64,000 nucleotides of DNA from Candidatus Poribacteria bacterium (GTDB taxonomy: Bacteria > Poribacteria > WGA-4E > WGA-3G): NCBI GenBank assembly GCA_965221425.1, contig OZ244889.1, positions 251,012 through 315,011 of the forward strand. Reading direction: 5' to 3'. The position numbers and the translations under genes were made by a program. The number at the start of each line of letters is the position of its first letter. Positions within the stretch are counted from its first letter, which is position 1. Shown piece by piece: positions 1-10,300 of the stretch. Below the pieces are notes generated by a model. That model had not been told where the DNA came from and ran no database searches. It was given only the letters and a program-made list of their open reading frames with translations.

Positions 1-665
1 TCAACATCAATGTCGAGAACCATTGTTCGTACCCGTGCCTCAACATAACGTACAGGGGATTGCACTAAGGTACAGGCAGAATAAATTTCATGATAACTCG
101 TATCACTTATACAACCGCCCCCTGTTGCCTTACTTGCGCGCCATGCAAACGCTGGATTTGGATGGTTAGCAGTAAAATCAGTTGATCTTAATCCCATTCC
201 AGTACTTCGCCCGTAATAGGTTTTGCCGATTTCGGGCAGTAGTGCAATTGCCGCCTGCATTCCAGCGGTATAGAGGTAGTTATGCACTACTGTATAAGGC
301 ACTTCGTTTTGATTAACTGCCTCCATAATTTTATCTGCTTCTTCAAGAGAGGTAGCCATCGGTTTTTCGGAGATAATCGCTACTCCCGCACTTGCAGATT
401 CTATCACCTGCTCCGCGTGCAGTGAATGTGGTGTCGCGATTACCACCGCATCAATATCGGTTTTTGCTAACATCTCCCGATAATCTGTATATCGGTTTTG
501 TGCTGGCACATTAAATTGATCGCCAACGTTCTGCAAGTTTTCTGGGACGACATCTGCAAGGGCAGTAATCTTGACGGTTTCTTCAAGGGCAAGGTAGGCA
601 CGCGCGTGTGTTTTTTGGACGATTCCGCCACAGCCAATAAGTCCTAAACGAATCGGTTTTTTCAT
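1..665 (-). CDS. Gfo/Idh/MocA family oxidoreductase (3' end outside window)
   Basis: Manual translation from ATG at 665: MKKPIRLGLIGCGGIVQKTHARAY... Rossmann motif, then 'IATPHSLH' and 'SEKPMA' motifs. Confidence 0.85.
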   Translation of the reverse strand, partial: MKKPIRLGLIGCGGIVQKTHARAYLALEETVKITALADVVPENLQNVGDQFNVPAQNRYTDYREMLAKTDIDAVVIATPHSLHAEQVIESASAGVAIISEKPMATSLEEADKIMEAVNQNEVPYTVVHNYLYTAGMQAAIALLPEIGKTYYGRSTGMGLRSTDFTANHPNPAFAWRASKATGGGCISDTSYHEIYSACTLVQSPVRYVEARVRTMVLDIDV

Positions 666-741
666 AACATTTCTCCTTTTTTAGAGTTTACCATATTTCG
701 TTTTTATGTCAAACAATTTTGTCACACCTGTTTTGAAAATA

Positions 742-750
742 TGCTATAAT
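742..750 (+). promoter_or_regulatory. Extended -10 promoter element (TGcTATAAT) upstream of S10 peptidase
   Basis: TGCTATAAT about 34 bp upstream of the ATG at 784. Confidence 0.45.
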
Positions 751-783
751 AGCCGCATATATCTAACAGCAAAGGAATTGCAC

Positions 784-2280
784 ATGAGTCAAGAGGAAAA
801 AAAGGATTCTGAAGAGAGTACGTCTGAGGAAAAAGACAAGTCAATCCCGGAAGATAAACTCTCTGTTACACATCATAGCGTTGCGATTAATGGTAAAGAA
901 CTCAACTATACGGCGACAACAGGCACGCTTGTTTTGAAAGCGGAAGACGAAAAAGAGGGTGAGAAACCGAAAGCGTCTATCTTCTTCATCGCGTATACTT
1001 TAGACGATGTAGAGGACGCATCTGAACGTCCAATAACGTTTTCCTTCAACGGTGGTCCTGGTTCGTCATCGGTTTGGTTGCATTTAGGCGTGTTAGGACC
1101 GCGGCGTGTCAAACCGGATGAAGATGGCAATCCACCGCAACCGCCATATCAGCTTACAAATAACGAGTTTTCCATTTTGGATAAGACTGATCTGGTATTT
1201 ATTGACCCTGTGAGTACCGGTTTCAGTCGGGCTGTACCCGGAGAAGAAGCGAAACAGTTCCACGGGTTCCAGCGGGATATTGAATCGGTCGGTGATTTTA
1301 TTTTACTCTATTTGGGGCGCTACAAACGGTGGCGTTCACCCAAGTTTCTCATCGGTGAAAGTTATGGAACAACACGTGCGTGTGGGTTGTCTGGCTATCT
1401 TCAAGATAGACACGGCACTTATCTCAATGGTATTATGCTTGTTTCTGTCGTACTAAACTTCCAGACAATTCGGTTTGCGGCTGGGAACGATTTGCCTTAT
1501 ATCCTCTTTCTGCCGACCTATACTGCCACAGCTTTTTGGCACAACAAACTCAGCGATCTGGAAACTTCAAAAAAGGATAGTCTTGAAAAGATTTTAGATG
1601 AAGTCCGAGAGTTCGCAATCGGCGATTACACTGTTGCTTTGATGCAGGGTTCAGCCCTATCGGATCGCAGAAGGCAAGCGATTGTTAAGAAATTGGCAAT
1701 GTATACTGGATTGACCACTGAATACATTGAAAAAACCGATTTACGAGTAAAAATTAACCGGTTTTGTAAAGAGTTGCTCCGAGAGGAAGGGCAAACGGTA
1801 GGGCGTTTTGATAGCCGCTTTAAAGGCATTGACCGCGATTCAGCTGGTGAGAACTATGAATATGACCCAAGTTCGGCAGTTATTCAAGGTGCTTATACTG
1901 CAACGCTAAACGACTATGTGCGGAGTGACCTTGAGTTTGAGAGCGATCTGCCTTATGAAATTCTAAGCAGACGCGTACATCCGTGGGACTACGGCGGACA
2001 TCAGAACGAATACGTTAATGTTGCAGATACGCTTCGCAAGGCGATGACGACTAATCCCTCCTTGAAAGTTTATGTTGCAAGTGGATATTACGATTTGGCT
2101 ACGCCGTTCTTGGCGACAGAATACACGTTTACACATCTCGGTTTGGACAAATCGTTGCAGGATAACATCACGATGGCTTATTATGGTGCGGGACACATGA
2201 TGTATATTGACATGGACGAATTGGAAAAGATGAAAAAAGATATGGATGCATACCTTGATGCTACACTTTCCGATTTATAG
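784..2280 (+). CDS. Peptidase S10 serine carboxypeptidase
   Basis: FNGGPGSSS, GESYG nucleophile motif, AGHMMY catalytic His; start MSQEEK after AAGGA. Confidence 0.9.
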   Translation: MSQEEKKDSEESTSEEKDKSIPEDKLSVTHHSVAINGKELNYTATTGTLVLKAEDEKEGEKPKASIFFIAYTLDDVEDASERPITFSFNGGPGSSSVWLHLGVLGPRRVKPDEDGNPPQPPYQLTNNEFSILDKTDLVFIDPVSTGFSRAVPGEEAKQFHGFQRDIESVGDFILLYLGRYKRWRSPKFLIGESYGTTRACGLSGYLQDRHGTYLNGIMLVSVVLNFQTIRFAAGNDLPYILFLPTYTATAFWHNKLSDLETSKKDSLEKILDEVREFAIGDYTVALMQGSALSDRRRQAIVKKLAMYTGLTTEYIEKTDLRVKINRFCKELLREEGQTVGRFDSRFKGIDRDSAGENYEYDPSSAVIQGAYTATLNDYVRSDLEFESDLPYEILSRRVHPWDYGGHQNEYVNVADTLRKAMTTNPSLKVYVASGYYDLATPFLATEYTFTHLGLDKSLQDNITMAYYGAGHMMYIDMDELEKMKKDMDAYLDATLSDL

Positions 2281-2303
2281 ATGCTGTCCACGATGAGGAA
2301 TTA

Positions 2304-2459
2304 TAGTGAACTTTGAAATTATTGGGACACTCTGATAAACTTGTTTCGGAAACATAATGGACAGTAGAAGTTGAGCATCAACCTGTTAGTTTGTGCTTAT
2401 GAGTCTGCAAACTAAAAGTTTGCGCTACAGAAGTGTCCCATTAATTATAGATTTTACTA
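2304..2459. mobile_element. MITE-like family A element (TAGT...ACTA ends, TA flanks, internal GTAG-REP hairpin)
   Basis: Imperfect TIR TAGTGAACTTTGAAATTATTGGGACAC / GTGTCCCATTAATTATAGATTTTACTA; related ends recur at 16426, 19923, 36566, 47812. Confidence 0.7.
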
Positions 2460-2472
2460 TACGAAAGCAGGT

Positions 2473-3519
2473 ATGAGTTACCAAAGAGACTTTGAAGAGA
2501 GACTAAACATAGCAGTCGTTGGTGTTGGGTCGCATGCATATCGGAATGTTTTGCCAACGATGACATTTCTCCCGATCCGGTTAAAAGCATTTTGTGATGT
2601 GAATATTGAACGTGCCAAACGGACTGCTGAACAGTACGGCGTGAAGGCGTGTTATGAAAACATGGCAGAGATGTTTCGGAACGAGGAATTAGATGCAGTA
2701 TTTCTGTGTGTGCCACCACGTCTCCATCCAGAATTGACCTGTGAGGCGTTAGATGCAGGTGTCCATGTCTGGTTAGAAAAACCACCGGGAATGTTTGCCA
2801 GTGAAGTTGAGGAGATGATTCGCCACCGAAAAGACCGCGTTGTTGTTGTCGGGTTTAAGAAGGCGTTCATGCCTGCTACACAGAAAATCATTGAAATATT
2901 TGGGACAGAAGAGTACGGACCTCTACGGACCCTATTGGGTATCTATCCGATGACTATTCCAAGTGATGGCAAACGTGTGCTGCGTGAGAGTGAGCATACG
3001 AATTGGCTGCAAAATGGGGTTCATCCGTTATCGTTGCTGTTGGCAGTGGGTGGGAAGGTATCATCTGTGACAGTGCATCAAGGTAAGCGCGGTGGAGGCG
3101 TGTGTATCTTAGAATTTGCCAGCGGCGCGCTTGGTAATTTCCACCTTGCAGACGGCGCGAGGCACGGTCAACCCTCCGAGCTTTACCAATTCTTTGGTGA
3201 TGGATGCCACGCAGAAATTCGGAACGGGATACGTGTTTTATTACAACGCGGTATGCAGTTCAACTACAGCGGCAGCACAAGTTTTGTATCAGAAGATTTT
3301 GAGAGTGGTGCCATTGTTTGGGAGCCGCAAAACAGTCTCGGCACGCTTGAAAACAAGGGGCTTTTCGTACAAGGTTTTTACCAAGAGATGCGATATTTCT
3401 GCGATTGTATTCTGGAGGGGAAACCTGCTGAGCAGGGTTCGCTTGAGTTTGCATTAGAGGTCATGAAGGTGTATGAGGCGGGACTTCGTTCTGAAGGTGA
3501 AACCGTCACTGTTTTGTAA
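2473..3519 (+). CDS. Gfo/Idh/MocA family oxidoreductase
   Basis: VVGVGSHA Rossmann motif, LEKPP motif. Confidence 0.9.
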   Translation: MSYQRDFEERLNIAVVGVGSHAYRNVLPTMTFLPIRLKAFCDVNIERAKRTAEQYGVKACYENMAEMFRNEELDAVFLCVPPRLHPELTCEALDAGVHVWLEKPPGMFASEVEEMIRHRKDRVVVVGFKKAFMPATQKIIEIFGTEEYGPLRTLLGIYPMTIPSDGKRVLRESEHTNWLQNGVHPLSLLLAVGGKVSSVTVHQGKRGGGVCILEFASGALGNFHLADGARHGQPSELYQFFGDGCHAEIRNGIRVLLQRGMQFNYSGSTSFVSEDFESGAIVWEPQNSLGTLENKGLFVQGFYQEMRYFCDCILEGKPAEQGSLEFALEVMKVYEAGLRSEGETVTVL

Positions 3520-3558
3520 GAGATCAAATTGTTAATATCCATCTACAAGAGGAGGCTA

Positions 3559-4038
3559 ATGGTTGCAGTATCGCTTAGACCAATCACGCAAACAAATTTT
3601 AATGAGTGTATTTCTCTAAAGGTCGCTGATAATCAAAAGAAATTTGTTGCCAGCAATGTGCTTTCTCTTGCCGAAGCGTTTGTCAATCCGACATATCATC
3701 CTTTCGGCATCTATGACTCAAAAGCTCATTACCAAGCGAATCCATCTATGATAGGATTCACAATGTATGAACTTACCGATGCTGTCGGTTTCATCTTACG
3801 CTTGATGATAGATGAAAAGTTTCAAAGGAAGGGTTATGGTAGGGCAGCTATGCTTGAAGTGATAAGAAGATTGAAATTACATCCAGAAGTTGAACGGATT
3901 GCGACCAGTCATGTCAGGGAAAATGAGGCTGCCGCGCGACTCTATGAAGGTTTGGGATTTGTTGATTGGGAACATGAATTAAGAGGTGAAGGGTATTCTG
4001 GCGAAAGATACCTGATTCTTCAAGAAGATAGTAGTTAA
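3559..4038 (+). CDS. GNAT N-acetyltransferase (spermidine/spermine acetyltransferase-like)
   Basis: FQRKGYGRAA acetyl-CoA motif, NEAAARLYEGLGF; GGAGG RBS before ATG 3559. Confidence 0.85.
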   Translation: MVAVSLRPITQTNFNECISLKVADNQKKFVASNVLSLAEAFVNPTYHPFGIYDSKAHYQANPSMIGFTMYELTDAVGFILRLMIDEKFQRKGYGRAAMLEVIRRLKLHPEVERIATSHVRENEAAARLYEGLGFVDWEHELRGEGYSGERYLILQEDSS

Positions 4039-4042
4039 TCAG

Positions 4043-5074
4043 ATGGAGAGAATAGTGGAATATAGAAGACTTGGCAAAAGCGGTCTGAAGGTCTCCGAAA
4101 TCTGTTTAGGCACAATGACATTTGGTCACGGTGCAGATGAAACAGAATCCGAACGCATGGTACATCTCGCGTGGGATGCAGGCGTGAACTTTTTTGATAC
4201 TGCGAATTCTTATGGTGGTGGAGAGTCGGAAGTATTGCTCGGTAAGGCACTTAAAGGCAGACGCAGGGATGCGATTGTAGCCACTAAGTTCTTCAATCCA
4301 ATGGGTTCCGGTCCGAACGATTCTGGAATGTCCCGCGTGCATATCATGCAGGCGATTGACGACAGCCTTAAACGATTGCAGATGGAATATGTGGACATCT
4401 ATTATATCCATCACGTTGATGCGCAGACACCTTTGGAAGAGATGCTACGCGCGTTGGACGACCTTGTTCGCCAAGGGAAGGTACGTTACACGGCATGCAG
4501 TAACTACCAAGCTTGGCGGTTATCTGAAGCGTTATGTCTTAGTGATTCGCTTAACTTAGCGCAGTTTGTATGCTATCAACCGCAATATAGTCTCGTTGTG
4601 CGTGATATAGAGCAGGAGTTGGTACCACTCTGTGAATATAAAGGGTTAGGAATTGTTGTGTGGAGTCCATTAGCAGGTGGATTTCTTTCTGGCAAATACA
4701 AACCCGGTGAACGCACGCAAACAGGATCGCGATCAGCAGAAGGTTGGGCGTTTCCGCAACGTTATTTTGCCGCAAACGCAGATGAGACGTTACAAACTCT
4801 CTTTGAGGTTGCAGAACAATTAGGACACAGTCCCGCACAGCTAGCACTTCGCTGGGTACTTGAACAACGAGCGATGACCTCTGTGATTGTCGGGGCACGA
4901 CACGCTGCACATTTGCAGGACAATCTTGGTGCCGCTGGTTGGAAGTTAGAAAGAGAAGCACTTCAAAGACTAAACGAAGTTTCCCATTTGCCAGACCGAT
5001 ATCCAGAAGCGATGGAAAAGAATATGCATGAACGTCGGGATAATGCGGTTAATATGCCACTTAAGTTGTCTTGA
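4043..5074 (+). CDS. Aldo/keto reductase
   Basis: LGKSGLKVSEICLGTMTFG, FFDTANSY, WSPLAGG. Confidence 0.93.
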   Translation: MERIVEYRRLGKSGLKVSEICLGTMTFGHGADETESERMVHLAWDAGVNFFDTANSYGGGESEVLLGKALKGRRRDAIVATKFFNPMGSGPNDSGMSRVHIMQAIDDSLKRLQMEYVDIYYIHHVDAQTPLEEMLRALDDLVRQGKVRYTACSNYQAWRLSEALCLSDSLNLAQFVCYQPQYSLVVRDIEQELVPLCEYKGLGIVVWSPLAGGFLSGKYKPGERTQTGSRSAEGWAFPQRYFAANADETLQTLFEVAEQLGHSPAQLALRWVLEQRAMTSVIVGARHAAHLQDNLGAAGWKLEREALQRLNEVSHLPDRYPEAMEKNMHERRDNAVNMPLKLS

Positions 5075-5125
5075 AGCGAATCGAATAAGATATTTATATA
5101 TTTTCCTGATAAGGAGGAGATCAAC

Positions 5126-5842
5126 ATGTCAAAAATTGCCGTGATTGCAGGTGTAGGCCCAGGTTTAGGCGCTGCGATTGCCCGAAAATTCGCGAATGAA
5201 GGATGCAACCTTGCTTTGTTGTCGCGTTCATCCGCATACAGTATCAATTTATCAAACAAATTGGAAGCAACAGGCGTATCAGTTATCCCCATTCCAACAG
5301 ATATAACGGATGCTAAGCAAGTTGCCGCGAGTTTTAGTCAGATTCGTGACGAATTAGGGGATCCAGATATCTTGGTAAACCACGCAGGAAATGCGGCATG
5401 GGGTAACCTGGCAGAATTGACACCTGATGCATTCGAAAACGCATGGCGCGTTTGCACACTTGGTGCTTTTCTGTGTGTTAAACAGGCAGTGCCAGGAATG
5501 ATTAAAAAGGGTAGCGGGACAATTCTCTTTTCCGGTGCGACATCCGCAGTGCGTGGCAGAGCAGGCGCAATCGCATTTAGCAGTGCGAAATTTGCAATGC
5601 GTGGTTTAGCATCTTCACTTGCCCGTGAAGTTGGACCAAACGGTATCCACGTAGCGCACGTTATTATTGATGGTGTGATTGACACACCGGGTATTAGAGA
5701 CCGGTATCAGTTGGAAGAAGATGAACCGTTGCTTGCACCTGACTCTATTGCCGATACTTATTGGGCACTTGTGCAACAAGAACGTAGTGCGTGGAGTTTT
5801 GAGGTGGATGTGCGACCTCATAATGAGGAATTTTTTACATAA
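5126..5842 (+). CDS. Short-chain dehydrogenase/reductase
   Basis: IAGVGPGLG, SGATSAVRG, FSSAKFA, HVAHVIIDG. Confidence 0.9.
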   Translation: MSKIAVIAGVGPGLGAAIARKFANEGCNLALLSRSSAYSINLSNKLEATGVSVIPIPTDITDAKQVAASFSQIRDELGDPDILVNHAGNAAWGNLAELTPDAFENAWRVCTLGAFLCVKQAVPGMIKKGSGTILFSGATSAVRGRAGAIAFSSAKFAMRGLASSLAREVGPNGIHVAHVIIDGVIDTPGIRDRYQLEEDEPLLAPDSIADTYWALVQQERSAWSFEVDVRPHNEEFFT

Positions 5843-5858
5843 GTAAGAGTGTATACTA

Positions 5859-6405
5859 TAACCTAAGTTGCCACCTATTTGCGAATGCTCTTGTAGGAGG
5901 GATTTCTAACCCCGATTTATAACAGAAAACGTAAGAATCAGCGGAAATGTCTTGTTTTTTTTTAGTAAAATCCGTAATTATTTGCACACCATGGTAGGTT
6001 CGGTTTCTAACCGCTCCATAGGCGTCAATTTAGCGGACCTTCACCCTGGTAGATGCGGTTTCCAACCGCATCGGGCTTATATGAGTTGCGGACAACAAGC
6101 GGTAAAGTTCTTTAGGGGAGCACTTTGTAAGCGCTATATATCGGCGTTGAAAACCCGCTGAATACCATACGTGTATTCAGCGTTAATTCACTCTCCCAAG
6201 AGCATATTGGGATAATACGGAGCGGTTGGAAACCGCTCCTACCGTGTAGTAGATACTCACAAATGCAGATTCATTTCTTAAATTGACGCCTATGGTTCGG
6301 TTTCTAACCGAACCTACCGGGCATGTGTAAACATATTTTTGGATTTCACTATAATAAAAAGCAGTGTCTGCTATCTCGAAATCTTGTAAGTAGCAACTTG
6401 AGTTA
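5859..6405. mobile_element. Three-level nested element: family B (5859-6405) > family A-type (5963-6351) > family C (6017-6294), with REP hairpins
   Basis: TAACCTAAGTTGCCAC/GTAGCAACTTGAGTTA; TAGTAAAATCC/GGATTTCACTA; perfect CCATAGGCGTCAATTTA/TAAATTGACGCCTATGG inverted repeats. Confidence 0.8.
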
Positions 6406-6431
6406 TTATAGTTTATAAAAAGGAGATTAAC

Positions 6432-7535
6432 ATGCTGAGAACGATTATAACTTTTTTCATTTTACTTATCGGTATCATGCTCTCTTTTTCGGACACGATG
6501 GCTGAAACGAATTGGACTGTCTTACGAGAAGACGATTTCATCCGTAATGATGGGGTTCAAGGGATGTTGCATGATGTGCATTTTTGGGATAATCAAAACG
6601 GTTTAGTGGTTGGAGATAGAGGTTTGATACTTGTGACAGAAGATGGTGGGAAAACTTGGAGCAAAAAAGAGATCAATATGCGTCCTCCTGGGGCACCTAC
6701 AGGACAGACACCTGGGCGACCCGCTGGTGCTGGGGGTGGTCCTCCGCCAGGCTTCAGAGGCGGTGGTTCTCCTACGCTCTATAATATCTATTTTGTCAAT
6801 GAAAAGGTAGGTTACATTACGGGGGCAAGAGGGACTATTTTAAAAACTGTTGATAGTGGAAAAACATGGAACCGAAAAATAGCAAGAAGCGCGGCTGCAG
6901 GGCAAAGTAATAACCCGCGTAGAGGTGGAATACGTGCAAACTTAATGGGAATTCAGATAATCAGTGAAACGGTCGGTTTCATCGTGGGTTCAGAGAACAC
7001 TATCCTCAAAACTACCGATGGCGGTGAAACATGGGTGGGCAGCTCAGAACGTGCACGTGTAGGGGAGACGCGGAATAACTTGGAAAATATCTGGTTTGTT
7101 TCACCAACTACAGGTTGGATTATTGGGTCTTATGGAACGCTCCTGCATACCACCGATGGCGGTGAAACATGGGAAAAGCAGAATGCTGGTTTCGATAACA
7201 ACTTGTTCGGTATCCATTTTTTCGATGAAAAGACTGGATGGATTTGTGGGCAAGAGGGATTAATTCTTCACACAAGCGATGGCGGCAAAACATGGAAGCA
7301 GCAGAAAACTGATTCTTATGATAATCTCCATGATATTATGTTTGTGGATAATATGATAGGTTGGACAGTTGGAGATTATAATGCTGTTTTACATACCGTA
7401 GATGGCGGTAAAAAGTGGAGTGCTTCAAAAGCTGGCGGGAGCGGCGGAACTCTCAAAGGTGTCCATGCTACAGATAAAGATCACTGCTGGACAGTTGATG
7501 ACTGGGGTGTGATTTCAACATATAAAACGAAATAG
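6432..7535 (+). CDS. Secreted YCF48-like / BNR-repeat beta-propeller protein
   Basis: Signal peptide; repeated G..G.IL.T.DGGKTW motifs. Confidence 0.85.
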   Translation: MLRTIITFFILLIGIMLSFSDTMAETNWTVLREDDFIRNDGVQGMLHDVHFWDNQNGLVVGDRGLILVTEDGGKTWSKKEINMRPPGAPTGQTPGRPAGAGGGPPPGFRGGGSPTLYNIYFVNEKVGYITGARGTILKTVDSGKTWNRKIARSAAAGQSNNPRRGGIRANLMGIQIISETVGFIVGSENTILKTTDGGETWVGSSERARVGETRNNLENIWFVSPTTGWIIGSYGTLLHTTDGGETWEKQNAGFDNNLFGIHFFDEKTGWICGQEGLILHTSDGGKTWKQQKTDSYDNLHDIMFVDNMIGWTVGDYNAVLHTVDGGKKWSASKAGGSGGTLKGVHATDKDHCWTVDDWGVISTYKTK

Positions 7536-7595
7536 TTTGCGGTGAGGTTACCTTGCCTAATCTTTCTTTTTTAAACACTTCTAATGGAGGAATGA

Positions 7596-8807
7596 ATGTC
7601 AGAACAGAAAAGCCATAAAGTTACAATGCTCGGCACAGGACTCATCGGCATGTTTTACACGATGACGCTTCATAATCAGCGCGGTGCAGACCGCGTTCAT
7701 GCTGTTTACTCTCGGCGCGAGGAACGCGCAACCGAATTTGCCAAAGAGTGGGATATTCCTAACGCAACAACCGACTTGGCAGAAGCTATCAATCATCCTG
7801 AGACAGATACTGTTGTCATTGGATTACCGAACAACTTACATCTGAAAGCAGTTGAACTTGCAGCAGAAGCAGGTAAGGCAATCCTTTGCACGAAACCGCT
7901 TGGACGCACCGCTGAAGAAGCAAAAGCGATGTTAGATATCGTTGAAGACGCTGGTGTGTTTGGTGGTTACCTGGAAGACTTGGTATACCCGCCTAAAACG
8001 CTCAAGGCGTTAGAATCCGTTGAAAACGGTGCGCTTGGAAAGATTTTATGGGTGCGTTCTCGTGAAACACACCCTGGTCCCCATAGCGATTGGTTTTGGG
8101 ATTTGGAACAGGCAGGTGGTGGCGCAATCGTTGATATGGGATGCCATTGCATTGAGATCATCCGAAATTTCGTTGGGAAGAACAACAAACCGCTTGAGGT
8201 AATGTGTTGGGCAGACACGCTTGTGCATCCGATTGATGCTGAGGACCACGGCATCGCGCTGATACGATTTGAAAGCGGTGCGATGGGTCAGTTCGAGGTT
8301 GGTTGGGCATTCCGCGGTGGTATGGATTTGCGTGATGAAGTTTCCGGTAGCGAAGGCACAATCTGGCTCAATCATTGGCTTCGAACAGGTTTTGAGATGT
8401 TTACGGCTGTCGGACAAGGAGGTTATGTCGCTGAAAAAGCCGAAAGCGATACAGGTTGGCTCTTTCCTGTCGGTGATGAGGTGGCTGAACTCGGTTACCG
8501 GGATATGTTCCTCGATATGTTCAACGCAATGGACGAAGGCAGGGAACCGCTGGAAACCTTTTATGATGGCTATGTCGTGAACGCTATCATTGATGCCTGT
8601 TATAAATCTGCAAAAACAAAGCAGTGGGAAGCGGTTGAGCTTTCAGACTGGCGTGGTGAAGCGGAAACTGATGACGCACAAGCAGGAAAGTCAGACGCGG
8701 ATGAACGATATGCCCATCTCAAAGATGAGCGGATGCCGGATGGTAGAATGAAACGCATTTTCAGAGACCGCGAGACAGGCGAAATTATTGAGCGAGTAGA
8801 GGATTGA
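7596..8807 (+). CDS. Gfo/Idh/MocA family oxidoreductase
   Basis: [25 protein letters not shown]. Confidence 0.9.
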   Translation: MSEQKSHKVTMLGTGLIGMFYTMTLHNQRGADRVHAVYSRREERATEFAKEWDIPNATTDLAEAINHPETDTVVIGLPNNLHLKAVELAAEAGKAILCTKPLGRTAEEAKAMLDIVEDAGVFGGYLEDLVYPPKTLKALESVENGALGKILWVRSRETHPGPHSDWFWDLEQAGGGAIVDMGCHCIEIIRNFVGKNNKPLEVMCWADTLVHPIDAEDHGIALIRFESGAMGQFEVGWAFRGGMDLRDEVSGSEGTIWLNHWLRTGFEMFTAVGQGGYVAEKAESDTGWLFPVGDEVAELGYRDMFLDMFNAMDEGREPLETFYDGYVVNAIIDACYKSAKTKQWEAVELSDWRGEAETDDAQAGKSDADERYAHLKDERMPDGRMKRIFRDRETGEIIERVED

Positions 8808-8828
8808 AATTAAAGATTCGGAAAGGCA

Positions 8829-9677
8829 ATGATGGACATAAGTTGGCTTGAATACTGTGCCACAGACGAACAACTCAAAACGTTCAACGATACCGGTTAC
8901 CTCGTTGTTGAGGATGCTATAAGTCCTGAGATGGTAGATGTGTTAGAGGTAGTAGCAGATCGAATTGATGCCGAAGAACGTGCTAAAACTGGACTGGCAC
9001 CGCATAAATTGCTGTCAAAGTTCCGCACAGTCATTGAAGATGATATATTGCTGGAACTGCTTGATAACAAGAAGGTTTTTCCACTGCTTTGGGATATCTT
9101 AGGGTGGAATATCCAACTTTATATTTCACACCTCATTATGTATCCGCCAGAGCCTCCCGAAACACAACGTATCAATAAAGGTGCAGGTTGGCATCAGGAC
9201 GGTGGCAGACCTATTCCAGAGATGGAACGTCCGCATCCACGCCTTTCACTCAAAGTGAGTTATTGGCTAAGTGATGTTATACATCGGGATAACGGTGCGA
9301 TGCGCCTTATTCCGGGGAGCCACAAACTTGACACCTTACCTCCACGGAGTAATCCTGATGATGACCCGGAAGGTGCAATAGACCTGCTTGTTAAGCGAGG
9401 AACAGCAGTGCTTTTTGATCGGCGGATGTGGCATTCACGGGGTTGGAATTTCTCCGATGTGACGCGGAAAGTCCTGTTTATGGGTTATAGTTATCGTTGG
9501 CTGCGCGGTTTAGATTACAACCTGATGCCACCTGAGATTCTCGAAAAATGCGATCCAATTCGGCGGCAGTTGTTAGGGGACGGTGTGAATATTAAAGGGT
9601 GGTGGCAACCCACAGATGCGGATGTGCCGTTGAAGACATGGATTGCAGAGCATCGTGGGGAGAAATTTGTGAGGTAG
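8829..9677 (+). CDS. Phytanoyl-CoA dioxygenase (PhyH) family Fe(II)/2OG dioxygenase
   Basis: WHQD and distal WH facial triad, NGAMRLIPGSH. Confidence 0.9.
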   Translation: MMDISWLEYCATDEQLKTFNDTGYLVVEDAISPEMVDVLEVVADRIDAEERAKTGLAPHKLLSKFRTVIEDDILLELLDNKKVFPLLWDILGWNIQLYISHLIMYPPEPPETQRINKGAGWHQDGGRPIPEMERPHPRLSLKVSYWLSDVIHRDNGAMRLIPGSHKLDTLPPRSNPDDDPEGAIDLLVKRGTAVLFDRRMWHSRGWNFSDVTRKVLFMGYSYRWLRGLDYNLMPPEILEKCDPIRRQLLGDGVNIKGWWQPTDADVPLKTWIAEHRGEKFVR

Positions 9678-9716
9678 GCAGCGGTGAGCTGCCAGCATCG
9701 AAATGCTCTACCTTTT

Positions 9717-9742
9717 GGTAGGCGAGGTTTCCTAACCTCGCC
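9717..9742. repeat. GTAG-type REP hairpin GGTAGGCGAGGTTTCCTAACCTCGCC
   Basis: Same hairpin recurs at about 11436, 12408, 20031, 25283, 53406. Confidence 0.75.
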
Positions 9743-9748
9743 AATTCA

Positions 9749-10228
9749 CTAAGTGTACTTTGGAGTCTCATCGAGAAATAGTGAAAAAGACCACGTTTCA
9801 AAGCCAAATTCACGATAGAAATCAAGAGTCGGCTGCCAATGCTTGTTTGCAGAATATGTGGTGAAGCGATGGATACCGTGGGTTCTACCCGATTGCAGGA
9901 TAGCAGCTACGAGTCCAGAACCAATGCCTTGTCCGCGACTATCGGGAGTGACATATAAATCATGCAAAACCAGATAGTTCTCGCCGCGAGGAAAGATGCA
10001 AAGATGCTCCGAAGATACCTCACCGATGGCAAATCCCACGATACTATCATCTTTATCTGTTGCGAGGATGAAATGAGGTCCAAGGCGGCATAGCAAATCG
10101 TCAGTTGTGTCGGCGACAAGTCCGCGAGTTGTGGCTTCGGATACCCAATCGCGGTACAGCGCAGCCACTTTATCCAAATCATTCTTGGTTGCGTTCCGAA
10201 ATATGTACTTTTCGGAGAATTCTTTCAT
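9749..10228 (-). CDS. GNAT N-acetyltransferase
   Basis: LYVTPDSRGQGIGSGLV, FYREFGF. Confidence 0.88.
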   Translation of the reverse strand: MKEFSEKYIFRNATKNDLDKVAALYRDWVSEATTRGLVADTTDDLLCRLGPHFILATDKDDSIVGFAIGEVSSEHLCIFPRGENYLVLHDLYVTPDSRGQGIGSGLVAAILQSGRTHGIHRFTTYSANKHWQPTLDFYREFGFETWSFSLFLDETPKYT

Positions 10229-10300
10229 CTAAATCGCCTATATCAGGGTACTTGAAAAAGTTTGGCAGGGCACAAGACCCTGCACTACAACCCAAAAACA

